Source: Candidatus Heimdallarchaeota archaeon
GTDB lineage: Archaea > Asgardarchaeota > Heimdallarchaeia > JABLTI01
Direction of reading: 5' to 3'
Assembly (NCBI GenBank): GCA_018238155.1
Contig: JABCTZ010000003.1
Coordinates: forward strand, 164,289-228,288
DNA length: 64,000 bases
The position numbers and the translations under genes are program-made. The notes under the pieces were generated by a model. That model saw nothing but the letters and a program-made list of their open reading frames with translations, was not told where the DNA came from and made no database searches. Position 1 is the stretch's first letter; every line of letters starts with the position of its first letter. Below, piece after piece: positions 20,984 to 31,607 of the stretch.

Positions 20984-21662
20984 TGGTTTATTGATTTCTT
21001 CAAGAATGGTTGAGAGACCATTCATCCAAAGTGGAAAAGTTACTCATATCTATGGTCCGCCAAAAATTGGCAAATCAACTCTTTCAGCAACCATTGCTCT
21101 TGAGCTTGCTAAAGAAAGAAAAAAATCAATCATTATTTCCACAGAACGTCCCATTGAAATCAGAATGGAATCAATGTTAATTGCAAACGAGGAGTACTCT
21201 AAAGAATTATTAGAACACATCTCAACTGCAGATATTTTTACAATTGACGAGCTGTTTCTTACTATTGAAAACGAGCTTCAGAATTGCATTCAAGATGTTT
21301 CATTGATAATAATTGATTCATTGACTTCAACATATCGAATAGATGCCGGACCAATTGCTTTAACCCTTCTCAGGAAAGCTCTCTCAACACTACAAGCATT
21401 AGCAATAAATAATAAATTAGCAATTATGTTTACTAATCAAGTTGCTTCAAAAATGGATCAAACGGATGATTTTCGACCTGTGGCTGCTGCTTCTACTAGA
21501 AGCTATAGTGATATTACAATCCGTCTCTCAAAAAAGAGAGATGATAGTACTGAAATCACTTTTGAAAATATATTAGGTGAGGAGGAAGCAGTATTAGATT
21601 CCTTTTCAATAACATCTGCCGGAATTGAAGAAATACTTCAAATATTTGACTTCCAAATGTAA
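20976..21662 (+). CDS. RadB-like RecA-family ATPase
   Basis: HIYGPPKIGKST, ISTE, LIIIDSL, FTNQV; no N-terminal HhH; no KHR motif. Confidence 0.8.
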   Translation: MDNGLLISSRMVERPFIQSGKVTHIYGPPKIGKSTLSATIALELAKERKKSIIISTERPIEIRMESMLIANEEYSKELLEHISTADIFTIDELFLTIENELQNCIQDVSLIIIDSLTSTYRIDAGPIALTLLRKALSTLQALAINNKLAIMFTNQVASKMDQTDDFRPVAAASTRSYSDITIRLSKKRDDSTEITFENILGEEEAVLDSFSITSAGIEEILQIFDFQM

Positions 21663-21666
21663 AATT

Positions 21667-24075
21667 CTACTGATATTCTAGATTTACAAGGTCAATTATT
21701 TTCTTACTTTTTTTAGGCCCAACACCTTCAATTTCAGTCAATTCTTCTTCAGTGGAATTTACCACTCCTTTTATCGTTCCAAAGGTTTCAAGCATACGGG
21801 ACGCAAGCGTTCGATTAATTCCTGGAAATGAGCTTATTACTTGTACAGAGTTTTCCTTTGGATTTGAAATCCTCATTGCTTTTCGAATCAATGTTGGTCG
21901 TTTTTTGTTTTTTTGCTCACGCATCGCAAGACGCTTCAAGATAACTGCTGTTTCTTCTGATGACTGTGTCTGAATAATAGATACACCAAAGTCTATCATA
22001 AAAGAAGACAACGCACCTGCAATAGCTTCTGGATGTATTCCACCCGAAGGGAACCCCTCAATAAGTAGAATTGGGATTTGATAAGCATTTGTCATTGAGC
22101 CGAGTTGTGCAAATAACCGTCCATCAATTATTGATGAAAGCAAATCCTCTCCTTTTTTGTACTCTACAACAACTCGATCACTTAAAATGTAATCTCCACA
22201 ATCAAGTTGTTTGAAATCAAGATCGATCCCCTCTTTTTTGAGATAAAATAAAATCTTACTATTCTTTTCTCTACTATCAATAATAATTTTAATCGGATTA
22301 GAATTTGTTTTTACTGTTTTTGGTTTTTTAATTGTTTGAGTTTCTTCAATTTGCTCTTCAACTTGCTTTTCCTCCCATGTTGATTTTTGCCAATTTTCTA
22401 AATCGTTCAGCGCAATTTTGAAGGAAGCAAGCTTTTCATTCAGTGCAGGAGCTTCAAACTCAATATCTGCATCATTATTTTTCTCATCAGAAGGTTTTGA
22501 ATCTTTAATAACTGGAGCAAATGCACGCGTATCTACTTCCGGTTCTTTTTCTAACTCTATTTTTAACCAAGAAATATCGCTCAGAAGAATATTCATTCTT
22601 CTTTCCTTTGCATTAGAGATATAGTGTAATGTAGTATCTGCTGTATGATGAGTTGTTAATACAACCACTCGACCTTTTTGTTTGCGCCCTGTTCGTCCTG
22701 CTCTTTGAATTTTTCTTATGGCGGATGCCGTGCCATCATAAAAAATCACTAGATTACACTCATCAACATCTAACCCTTCCTCTAAAACACTGGTAGAAAC
22801 TAGGACTGGGAATTTATCATTTCTAAAAGCTTCAAGGAGAGCGATTTGCTTTTTCTGAGACAATCCTCCCCTTCTTCCTTTGCCTTGTCCAACAAAAGCT
22901 TTTGATTCTATTCCTCTCTCAGTTAAGGCTTCGCTTATGGCATAACAAGTAGCTCTAAGGTTACAGAATATTAACACTCGAGAGTTTATTAGATCAACTT
23001 TATCTAAAATATCTAATAAATAAAGCAGTTTGGGGTGAATTACTCCTTGCTCTTGTAAAATAGCTATACTTTCAACCATTTTCCGGAATTCTTCTAAATT
23101 GAAAAGACCCTTAATACTCTTACTATTTCGCTCCTTCCAAGTTTGAATCAAAGAATATGTGCTAGGGATGCCTTGACTTTCTATTGTTTCTCGTAATAAT
23201 TGAATATATACTAATCTATTACAAGCCATAATTTCAAGATAATTTGCTCGAAAATTTTCCGATAATTGGTTTTTGATTTTAAGTAGTTCTCCTTTGTAGA
23301 GATAACTGAACCTTTTTTCAGTGATATTTTTATTACGTAAAAAGGCAACTTCCCTCTCTCCGAGTTGATTAATTATTTTCAATATTTCTTCGAACTCTAG
23401 TGGAAGAGGAACTTCAATACGTTCAATTTTAACTTGTTGAATATACTGTCTAACTTCGGGGTCATCTTTTGGTCTGCTTTCAACTGACTCAATAAACAAA
23501 TTCTTACAAATTTCTAGTATTGCATCTTTATCTGTTCCAGGAGAAGCAGTTAAAGCGATTATTCTCATTTTAGGATTCATTTGATGCATAATATCTGCTA
23601 TATGAACGTAATCGTAATCTCCTCTTGCTCGGTGAGCTTCATCAAAATAAACTAATTTACATTTTTTAGGGTCGAGATGGTTGTGAATAATATCATTCCG
23701 AATTGTTTGAGGAGTGGCAATAATCACTTTTGCGGTTGTAATAATCTTTTTGCGAGTAGCAGGGGCTATTGCTCCCGAAAGCTCAACTATCTTTTTCTCA
23801 GGTATTTTCAGGAAATTGCGAAATGATTTTGCATGTTGATTTACTAACGGTTTTGTTGGAGCCATGATAAGAATATACTCACCTTCTCCATTTAGCTCTC
23901 CTTTCTGTAATAAAAATGCAATATGCAGTACAGAAATAATTGTTTTTCCGGTTCCCGTGGGGAGAACAACTAAGGTGTTTTTGTTGATACAAGTGCTCAA
24001 GATCGTTTGCTGAAATAATCTTGGTTCGATACCTGTACTCAAATAAGGGTGGGTTATTGTTTCAGCTTTAGCCAA
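21667..24075 (-). CDS. hef: Hef helicase/ERCC4 nuclease (FANCM-like)
   Basis: LPTGTGKT, FDEAHRA.G, LTASPG, EEGLDV, QRAGRTGR, IDSRE, GDY..S..VVEYK, DGRL..Q, HhH2. Confidence 0.94.
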   Translation of the reverse strand: MAKAETITHPYLSTGIEPRLFQQTILSTCINKNTLVVLPTGTGKTIISVLHIAFLLQKGELNGEGEYILIMAPTKPLVNQHAKSFRNFLKIPEKKIVELSGAIAPATRKKIITTAKVIIATPQTIRNDIIHNHLDPKKCKLVYFDEAHRARGDYDYVHIADIMHQMNPKMRIIALTASPGTDKDAILEICKNLFIESVESRPKDDPEVRQYIQQVKIERIEVPLPLEFEEILKIINQLGEREVAFLRNKNITEKRFSYLYKGELLKIKNQLSENFRANYLEIMACNRLVYIQLLRETIESQGIPSTYSLIQTWKERNSKSIKGLFNLEEFRKMVESIAILQEQGVIHPKLLYLLDILDKVDLINSRVLIFCNLRATCYAISEALTERGIESKAFVGQGKGRRGGLSQKKQIALLEAFRNDKFPVLVSTSVLEEGLDVDECNLVIFYDGTASAIRKIQRAGRTGRKQKGRVVVLTTHHTADTTLHYISNAKERRMNILLSDISWLKIELEKEPEVDTRAFAPVIKDSKPSDEKNNDADIEFEAPALNEKLASFKIALNDLENWQKSTWEEKQVEEQIEETQTIKKPKTVKTNSNPIKIIIDSREKNSKILFYLKKEGIDLDFKQLDCGDYILSDRVVVEYKKGEDLLSSIIDGRLFAQLGSMTNAYQIPILLIEGFPSGGIHPEAIAGALSSFMIDFGVSIIQTQSSEETAVILKRLAMREQKNKKRPTLIRKAMRISNPKENSVQVISSFPGINRTLASRMLETFGTIKGVVNSTEEELTEIEGVGPKKSKKIIDLVNLEYQ

Positions 24076-24230
24076 TTATTTCCTCTCGAGAGGTTCATTT
24101 CCTCAATATATAATCCAAAGTATTGTATTTAAGCAGCTAAATTTTGATTTAATGTTTCTTCTAAAGTTCGATTTCTTGTGTTTAGCTACTTAAAAAGAAT
24201 TTTTAGTAGTACTAGTTGAGGTAATGCTAA

Positions 24231-27200
24231 TTGATAGAGAATATTCCATCATCCAATAACTCCAATCCAAAAATAGGTGCTGAATTCTATATTTATAAGA
24301 ATAAGAATTCAAAAATGGATGAATCTATATTGGTCCAACACTTCCCAGAAAATAGATCATATTCATTACATGTCTATTCTATTGTACTGCTTAAAACTCC
24401 TGTAACAAAAATGGGTAGAAATGAAATAGATTTAAGAAAAAAAGTGGGGAAAAATTTCCAAAACCCTCTAAGCATTATTGGAAACCAAAAGAAAGGAAGT
24501 CTCTCGTTTACAAGGATTTTTATTAAAAACCCTGAAGAAAAGAAATATTTAGAAAAATTAAAAGAAAAATATCCAAATAAGAAGAATGTTAAATCCAAAG
24601 TACATTTCTTTCCTCTACTAGTTTTAGTAGCCAATTATTGTGATTATTACAATTACACAGATGAGAAAAGTAACATTGAAGAATTGATTCAAGAATCACT
24701 AATTGATTTTGATATTAGAATCCAAGAACAAGTTCATCAGACATTAAGAGTTATTGGCAGTCCTCTCTATTTGAAAGGATATTCTAGCCTACTCAATTTT
24801 CACATCTCAAGAGAAATACCAAATAGTATTCTTGTAAAATTGACTGATAATAAGAAAATACTAGCTACAACACAATTATCAAATTATACTGTTTTAGGAC
24901 CTGTTGTAAAAGGTATGAGAAAAGAGATTAGTGAACAAAAACCTCTATTCAATAAATTCGCTGAACCAACAGCAATAACACACATTTTGAATAGTAATGA
25001 TAAATTGTTATCAATTCCTGAAGATCTATTCCCAATTATTGTAGTTGGAGAACCCAATGCTCGACGAAATGTTATCTTCAACATGCTCAACAATTTAAAT
25101 TCAAGATTTCTTATGTTTGATCCTGAAGAAAATTATGGTAAATTTGCTGAAAATAACCCTCGTATTAGGGGGTACCTATTAGGGCAGAATTTTATGCTCA
25201 ATATTATTGGTACAGAAGGGGACTATATACGAGAACAAGTGTATTCATATTGGTTTGCAAAAATCATTGCTTTTTCTACTGGTCTCAGAAAAGAGCTAGA
25301 GAAAACGTTGGAAACATATTTGCTAGGTGCATATAAAGATCCAAGTAATCAAAGTAAAACAGAAATACAATTCCAAAAATTCGCTAATCAAGAAATAACT
25401 TCTGAAGTTACTAAAATGGGTAGAAATGAAGCAAGTGTAATTTCAAATGTTCTATATCCTCTGGGTACCTATGATGAGCTTTCACTCATTACTCGAATTG
25501 GGCGTTCCAATTCTCTCGAGACACTATTTGATACAAAAGGATCCATAATTCAATTTGCTAAAGATGATGAACAATTAACTAAAATTGCTTACCTTTTTAC
25601 TCTGTTAAAATTGCGTAGTATTCAAAATGATGATCCGAAAATATTAGTTTTAGAAAATTTAGATTCAATTATTGGTTCCGAATCATGGAAAGATGGTGAT
25701 TTAAGTAATTTAATTCTTAGTTTAATGGATAAGTATCATCTGGTTATCGGTATTCGTTCTCCATCAAAAGTCAAAGAGATTTTCAAGAATGCTAAAACTA
25801 AATTTATCAATCGATTATTACTTCCTGTAGACCAACAATTACTTGAAAAAGAATACAACATTTCAAACCCTGAACTCACTTCATTGAAGCAATTCTCAGA
25901 TAGAGAGTTCTTAACGCTTCTTCCTGATTTTTCATCCGCCCAAAGAGTTAAGGTTGACTCTGTTCCGGATATTAAAATGAGAGTCAAAATCGATCAATTA
26001 GAACGGGAAAGCTCTCAAAGAATACTAAAATCAGAAAATTACCTGCGAAGGGATGGCATTCCACCTGAAACTCAAAAAGCATTATTCGAATTAATTAAAA
26101 TACTAAAAGATAAACCAAGAAAGATGTTGCCAATCGAAGGGCTAGAACGTTTAATTTCCAATTGCAGTGAAATAGATGTTATTCGTGCAAAAGAAATAGC
26201 ACTATCTGATGCATTTATTACTCATATTGAAAGCAGTCCTACTGATTCTGAAGAGACCATTATTCTTGCAAAACTAACTGAATTGGGCGAAGAATATTAT
26301 AAAAGCTATTTGTCTTTGCAAGAAAGAATGCCAAAAATTTCTCTAAAGTCCTTGGCTTCTGAGAAAGATTTTGAGGTGAAGATTTTTGCTAAATTGTCAG
26401 CAATAAAAGAAGATTTAGCTATAGATGATTTCAAGAATGCCTTAGATGAAATGTTAGAGGTTACAGTTAGGTTACTAGCTGTGTTACCTGAATCTGAACG
26501 ATTTGTTTCTGGAAAAATCACTTCAAAATTGTTAGATCATTGGTCTTATTTATCCTCACTTAAAGCAACAGAAAATGAGCGGAAAGTTCAACGGCAATAC
26601 CAAGAGTTCTCACAAATTGTGAAAAACGCTTTGAAAAATATCAAACATGATATTTTAGATAAAAAAGAGATCCTTCAAGAAATTAAAACAACAAGTGACG
26701 ATTTTCAACTGGAAAATGAAAAAAAAGGTGAAGAGCAAAAATCAGACGAATTTGAATATGATTTTGATTTTATAAAGGATGAAAAAAATAATTCCAATCA
26801 ATCCAATTTACAACAAAATAATGATACAACAACTTCTTCCAAAGAAAGAGAAAATTCAAGTCGTTTTCTTGCTGCAACAGATGATTTGCGATCTGCAGGC
26901 TTGTCTCATAGAGATTCAAATGGGGGTATTTTTAAACCAAAAAAAGTAAAACAAACGAAGGTACTTTATGATCCCTTTGAATCAAAGTCCGAAGATAAAT
27001 CCGTAATAGATATTTATTTTGATCAACAAGAAAATGAAGTTACTCACATGAAGGAGTTGCTAATGAAACAATTAGCAAAGAAATTTGAAATAGATAAAAT
27101 TGACGATGAAGATTTCCTTTGGCACTGTTTGAATTCAAGATTTAGTGGAAATTTGAATGATGGATATACAATATCAGAAGTAGTTTCAACATTGAAGAAA

Positions 27201-27335
27201 CTAGAACGTGAAGTAAAGTCCGAAGCATTAATTTCTGATGAGACTATCAAGAGGTTAGAGAAGCTGATAATGAGCTCTAAATTGATTGATGAAAAATTAG
27301 AAATCGATTTAAAACAATATTTAGCAGAGCAATAA
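24231..27335 (+). CDS. Large protein with degenerate HerA/VirB4-like ATPase core, wHTH-like region and low-complexity tail
   Basis: IIVVGEPNARR (Walker A remnant), FLMFDP..NY, ILVLENLD (Walker B remnant), VIGIRSPS...NAKTKFINRL. Confidence 0.55.
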   Translation: MIENIPSSNNSNPKIGAEFYIYKNKNSKMDESILVQHFPENRSYSLHVYSIVLLKTPVTKMGRNEIDLRKKVGKNFQNPLSIIGNQKKGSLSFTRIFIKNPEEKKYLEKLKEKYPNKKNVKSKVHFFPLLVLVANYCDYYNYTDEKSNIEELIQESLIDFDIRIQEQVHQTLRVIGSPLYLKGYSSLLNFHISREIPNSILVKLTDNKKILATTQLSNYTVLGPVVKGMRKEISEQKPLFNKFAEPTAITHILNSNDKLLSIPEDLFPIIVVGEPNARRNVIFNMLNNLNSRFLMFDPEENYGKFAENNPRIRGYLLGQNFMLNIIGTEGDYIREQVYSYWFAKIIAFSTGLRKELEKTLETYLLGAYKDPSNQSKTEIQFQKFANQEITSEVTKMGRNEASVISNVLYPLGTYDELSLITRIGRSNSLETLFDTKGSIIQFAKDDEQLTKIAYLFTLLKLRSIQNDDPKILVLENLDSIIGSESWKDGDLSNLILSLMDKYHLVIGIRSPSKVKEIFKNAKTKFINRLLLPVDQQLLEKEYNISNPELTSLKQFSDREFLTLLPDFSSAQRVKVDSVPDIKMRVKIDQLERESSQRILKSENYLRRDGIPPETQKALFELIKILKDKPRKMLPIEGLERLISNCSEIDVIRAKEIALSDAFITHIESSPTDSEETIILAKLTELGEEYYKSYLSLQERMPKISLKSLASEKDFEVKIFAKLSAIKEDLAIDDFKNALDEMLEVTVRLLAVLPESERFVSGKITSKLLDHWSYLSSLKATENERKVQRQYQEFSQIVKNALKNIKHDILDKKEILQEIKTTSDDFQLENEKKGEEQKSDEFEYDFDFIKDEKNNSNQSNLQQNNDTTTSSKERENSSRFLAATDDLRSAGLSHRDSNGGIFKPKKVKQTKVLYDPFESKSEDKSVIDIYFDQQENEVTHMKELLMKQLAKKFEIDKIDDEDFLWHCLNSRFSGNLNDGYTISEVVSTLKKLEREVKSEALISDETIKRLEKLIMSSKLIDEKLEIDLKQYLAEQ

Positions 27336-27345
27336 ACAATGATGA

Positions 27346-27834
27346 CTATGACAAATGCAGTAGTCTCTTCTGTATCAAACTTTTAATTACATTCCTAATA
27401 TAGGGTGAGATTTCAATATCAACAGGTTCGAGAACAGGGAGAAGTGTTCCAATTGTGGAAACTTTGATAACACCAATGCCTTTGGATTTTGCTAATTGTA
27501 ATTGTTCTGCATCTGTAGGCGTGCTATATTCTGCAGGATATGCTAAGAAAACCCTTTGGGCAAAATTTCTGTATAATAATGGATGTGTAGACCAAAACCC
27601 ATTTTCAACTTCAATAAAAATAATAATATCTCCTTTAACCGCAGCAACATCAATGCGCACTTTAGTTAGATCTTTACCAGTTATTTTTTTGATATTCAAA
27701 TGTGCTTCATTTAACACTAATTCAGTAACAGCATGGTAGCCTAATTTATCTAAGTGATAGATTAACACTCGAGCAATTTCCTTCTCTGAAAGGCGAGTAG
27801 TTTTCTTTTTAGTTGAACTTGTTTCTTCAGTCAA
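27346..27834 (-). CDS. PD-(D/E)XK-fold nuclease-like protein
   Basis: LSEKEI...TE...RIDVAAV...FIEVE...VFLAYP...GIGVI. Confidence 0.65.
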   Translation of the reverse strand: MTEETSSTKKKTTRLSEKEIARVLIYHLDKLGYHAVTELVLNEAHLNIKKITGKDLTKVRIDVAAVKGDIIIFIEVENGFWSTHPLLYRNFAQRVFLAYPAEYSTPTDAEQLQLAKSKGIGVIKVSTIGTLLPVLEPVDIEISPYIRNVIKSLIQKRLLHLS

Positions 27835-27995
27835 TGTGGTCTCAGTAGTTTACTGCCCAATAATCAATATAAAACTACAAATAATCTCTATTTAGCTCTT
27901 TTAAAAGAAAATTTGCTAGAATTAAGTTGACTAGATTCAATTTCTAGTAGATTACAATGAAAATACCGTTATAAATTAGAAGGAAGAAAAGAGCA

Positions 27996-28811
27996 ATGAT
28001 TGAAACTATTCAAGGGATATTCATAGCAATTGATACTACTGTATTTGAGAGTTATTTGGAATGGTTACAAAATATCTTAAAATATACCGGAATGTCTCTT
28101 GGAGCGATTTTTCTTTTTCTGATAACCTTCTGGTTAGTACAAAATTTACTTCTAGTTATGTTAGCAGAAATGATTCCAATGATAAAAGGTATACTCGCAA
28201 TTCTAGAGTTTCTTTTGCTTCCGGGAACATTGATGCACTTAGTGTGGCATGTTTTGGCAGCTAAAAAAATGAACATTCCAAGTGAACATGTAGGCAATAT
28301 GGGTTACGGTTGGAGTCGGTCAGGCATAAGACTTGTGCGTGATCTGGGAAGTTTACGTGAGGCTATGATATTCTATTATGCTCCATTAATGAATATTCCA
28401 GTAATCATTGGTTGGGTTATGCCTGGAATGATGTTATTTCAATGGTTGGATTCATTGATAGATAATACCGTATTTTACTGGATATGGTTGTATATACTAG
28501 TTTCACTCATAATGTTTGGTTTACCTGATATTGCTGATTTAGTAAACCCGTTCCAAATATCAATAATTAAAACACCTGAATTCTTCGTTTTTGTGATGTT
28601 TTATGTCGTTATTGCTCCTACAACACTCATTTTTTGGGGGTGGGGAATAACCATTATATTCTCACTAATTTATGCCATTAGTGCATTTTATGAAGTAAAT
28701 ACTATTTCAAAGCATGAAGAAAAGCGGCTTATGAAATCATTTGATAAATATTTTGCAACAACAAAAACGATAACAAAAGCTCCACCAAAAGTGTTAACGG
28801 ATACAGAATAA
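27996..28811 (+). CDS. Membrane protein, M50-like zincin with HExxH changed to HLVWH
   Basis: PGTLMHLVWH, YAPL, LPDIAD; multiple TM. Confidence 0.6.
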   Translation: MIETIQGIFIAIDTTVFESYLEWLQNILKYTGMSLGAIFLFLITFWLVQNLLLVMLAEMIPMIKGILAILEFLLLPGTLMHLVWHVLAAKKMNIPSEHVGNMGYGWSRSGIRLVRDLGSLREAMIFYYAPLMNIPVIIGWVMPGMMLFQWLDSLIDNTVFYWIWLYILVSLIMFGLPDIADLVNPFQISIIKTPEFFVFVMFYVVIAPTTLIFWGWGITIIFSLIYAISAFYEVNTISKHEEKRLMKSFDKYFATTKTITKAPPKVLTDTE

Positions 28812-28835
28812 TCATTTCAATACTAAGGATTATTC

Positions 28836-29579
28836 CTAATCCTTTTTTTCATGAAGTTTTATGAATTCAAAGAGACTGATAATATCTTTTTGTAATCTTC
28901 TAATGAGGATTATTGGTGCAATACGTTCTGTAGCAAGATCATGTTCAAAAGCAATTATTAGATTTTCAAGTTGCTTCAAGAAATAGCTCGAATATTGAGG
29001 AGTAATTTGTAGCTGTGGTTGATCCATAATTAAATGAATTGTTCCTGTATAAGTTTTATCGCAAACTAGTTTTGTTACTTCCCAGAAAAGCTGCTCATAA
29101 ATTGCTACTCCTACATCTGTTAGGCGTTCAAGAATAGCCTCAACAAGAGGTTGTATTTTTAGTAATTTTCTGATTTCATTTAATACTTTTGGATCTTCAG
29201 GAATAATTCTTAAAAGACGATAATTGCTCAATTCAATATATTTCCTGTAGATTGGATGTTGTGTTGGGATGGGGTCAACTTTTGTTTTCATTGCAGAACC
29301 AATATATTCTCCGTCATAAACAAGACGGATTAAGTGAATTGGACCACCTATTTGAAGAAGATTTTTCCGCAAAAACATGTCTACAGGGGCGTAAATGTCA
29401 TCATTGCTCCATATTTGAACAAAAATATCTTTTGAACTTGGATCAGTTAGTACCAATCTAAGATATGGTTGCTTGTTTTTGGCAACAAGATCTAATGCAG
29501 CTTTCAATGTAGCGAAAATGCTTACTTCCCTTGGATTTTGTAGTTCTCTGAAGAAGAGAATAGGTTCTTCATTTGACAT
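28836..29579 (-). CDS. OB-fold nucleic-acid-binding protein
   Basis: AKNKQPYLRLVLTD...VQIW resembles the YhaM/RPA-type OB fold; likely ATG 29579. Confidence 0.55.
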   Translation of the reverse strand: MSNEEPILFFRELQNPREVSIFATLKAALDLVAKNKQPYLRLVLTDPSSKDIFVQIWSNDDIYAPVDMFLRKNLLQIGGPIHLIRLVYDGEYIGSAMKTKVDPIPTQHPIYRKYIELSNYRLLRIIPEDPKVLNEIRKLLKIQPLVEAILERLTDVGVAIYEQLFWEVTKLVCDKTYTGTIHLIMDQPQLQITPQYSSYFLKQLENLIIAFEHDLATERIAPIILIRRLQKDIISLFEFIKLHEKKD

Positions 29580-29823
29580 CAAAATAACTTTCTCCAATAA
29601 TAGCTCAATTACAATATACACTTCAATTCTTTTCATTCCTTTTAGGGATTTTGTATTGGATGTTGTAGTTTAGAAAGTGAAATTTCCACTTGCAACTAGT
29701 AAAGAAAGAAAACATACAATTATAACAATGAGGAAGTGTGTTCTAAAACCGCACGGAAGCTTTAAATATCACTATAAATCACAAAAAACCATAAAATAAA
29801 CATTTTCTTGGTGAGAAACAAAG

Positions 29824-31458
29824 ATGTCTCAACAAAACATTCCTGTAATATTACTAAAAGAAGGTACCCAAAGAACTAGGGGTAAAGAAGCACAGAAAAA
29901 CAATATCAGAGCTGCAATGGCTATGGCCGAGGCTGTTAAATCAACCTTGGGACCAAAAGGCTCAGATAAGATGTTGATTGATAGCCTTGGTGATGTTGTT
30001 ATAACAAACGATGGCGCAACCATTTTGGATGAAATTGATGTAGAACATCCAGCTGCAAAATTAATGGCTCAAGTAGCTAAAACTCAAGACGATCAAGCTG
30101 GAGATGGCACAACTACCGCAGTTATTCTTGCAGGCACTCTACTCAAAGATGCAGATTCTCTAATTGAATTAGGTATTCATCCTTCCATTATCATCAGCGG
30201 TTTCAAGAAAGCTGTTGATAAAGCATTATCTGTCTTAGACGAAATTGCCATTGATGTTGATTCAACAGATAAGAAAACTTTAGCCAAAGTTGCTTCAACT
30301 TCACTCAATAGTAAAGTTGTTGCTTATGAGAAGGATCTCATGTCCAAAATCTGTATTGATGCAGTATTGCAAATTACAGAAGATAGAAATGGTAAGAAAA
30401 TCGCCGATCTTGATTGGATTAAAGTTGTTCAAAAACCAGGCAAAGCTTTGAATGATACTGAATTAATCAAAGGAGTTCTCCTTGATAAGGAAGTAGTTCA
30501 TCCTGGAATGCCAAAATCAATTTCTCAAGCAAAAATTGCACTCATTGATGATAACATTGAAATCCAAAAAACTGAATTCAGTGCAGAAATCAGAATCGAA
30601 GAGACAAGTCAAATGCAAGCATTCCTCGACCGTGAACAAACCATGATCGAAGAAATGGTTGAAAAGATTGTCAAATCAGGTGCAAATGTATTAGTCTGTC
30701 AAAAAGGCATTGATGATTTAGCTCAACATTTCTTGGCAAAGAAAGGCATTCTTGCAGTTCGTAGAGTTAAGAAATCTGATATGGAAAAAATCTCACGAGC
30801 TACTGGTGGAAAAATCGTTTCTACACTTGATGATCTTTCAAAGAAAGATTTAGGTTTAGCCGGAAAAGTTGAAGCCATGAAAATCGGTGATGACGATAAT
30901 ATACTAATTTCTGAAGTCAAGAATCCTCGCTCTGTTACAATTCTCATTCGTGGTGCAAGTAAATATGTTACCGACGAAGCTGAAAGAGCAATCAATGATG
31001 CTCTCTGCGTAGTTAGAGATGTTATTGAAGACGGTAAGATTGTTGTTGGTGGTGGTGCTTCTGAAGTAGAACTCGCAATGGAAATAAGAACACTAGCAGA
31101 AAGCACAGGTGGTCGCGAACAATTAGCAATTGAAAAATTCGCTAATGCTTTAGAAATCATTCCAAAAACACTCTCAGAAAATGCCGGTTTAGATGCTATT
31201 GATGTATTAACTGAAATCAAATCCAAGCATTCTGGTGAGACTGGATATAAATTTGGAATCGATATTTTGAAGGGCAAAGTAACTGACCTTGAAAAAGCTG
31301 GTGTCCTTGAACCTCTCAGAGTAAAATCACAAGCTATTCGCTCAGCTTCCGAAGCTGCAGAATTGATTCTCAGAATTGATGATGTAATTGCTGCGAAATC
31401 CAAACCTGGTGGAATGCCCGGTGGTATGCCAGGTGGAATGCCACCCGGAATGATGTAA
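29824..31458 (+). CDS. ths: Thermosome (group II chaperonin) subunit
   Basis: [36 protein letters not shown] tail. Confidence 0.98.
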   Translation: MSQQNIPVILLKEGTQRTRGKEAQKNNIRAAMAMAEAVKSTLGPKGSDKMLIDSLGDVVITNDGATILDEIDVEHPAAKLMAQVAKTQDDQAGDGTTTAVILAGTLLKDADSLIELGIHPSIIISGFKKAVDKALSVLDEIAIDVDSTDKKTLAKVASTSLNSKVVAYEKDLMSKICIDAVLQITEDRNGKKIADLDWIKVVQKPGKALNDTELIKGVLLDKEVVHPGMPKSISQAKIALIDDNIEIQKTEFSAEIRIEETSQMQAFLDREQTMIEEMVEKIVKSGANVLVCQKGIDDLAQHFLAKKGILAVRRVKKSDMEKISRATGGKIVSTLDDLSKKDLGLAGKVEAMKIGDDDNILISEVKNPRSVTILIRGASKYVTDEAERAINDALCVVRDVIEDGKIVVGGGASEVELAMEIRTLAESTGGREQLAIEKFANALEIIPKTLSENAGLDAIDVLTEIKSKHSGETGYKFGIDILKGKVTDLEKAGVLEPLRVKSQAIRSASEAAELILRIDDVIAAKSKPGGMPGGMPGGMPPGMM

Positions 31459-31483
31459 AAAACATCAAAAATTAGTTCTAAAT

Positions 31484-31518
31484 GAGACCACTGGTCTCTC
31501 TTTTCATCTTTATTTTTT
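31484..31518 (+). terminator. Hairpin plus T-tract after thermosome gene
   Basis: GAGACCA-C-TGGTCTC followed by pyrimidine/T runs. Confidence 0.55.
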
Positions 31519-31607
31519 GCCTTCTTCTGATGAATGTGAGTTCATTGAAAAAAAAGTTTCTGTTGAATAAATATAAAAAGAAAATATTGTAGCTCAAGTA
31601 AATTTGA

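Noticed and set aside
30723-31403. 226-aa antisense ORF, and other short antisense or overlapping ORFs in the track
   Set aside because: Shadows of well-supported genes on the opposite strand or frame, with no motifs
31408-31455. GGWGGWATGCCN-type repeat
   Set aside because: Ordinary GGM tail of the chaperonin
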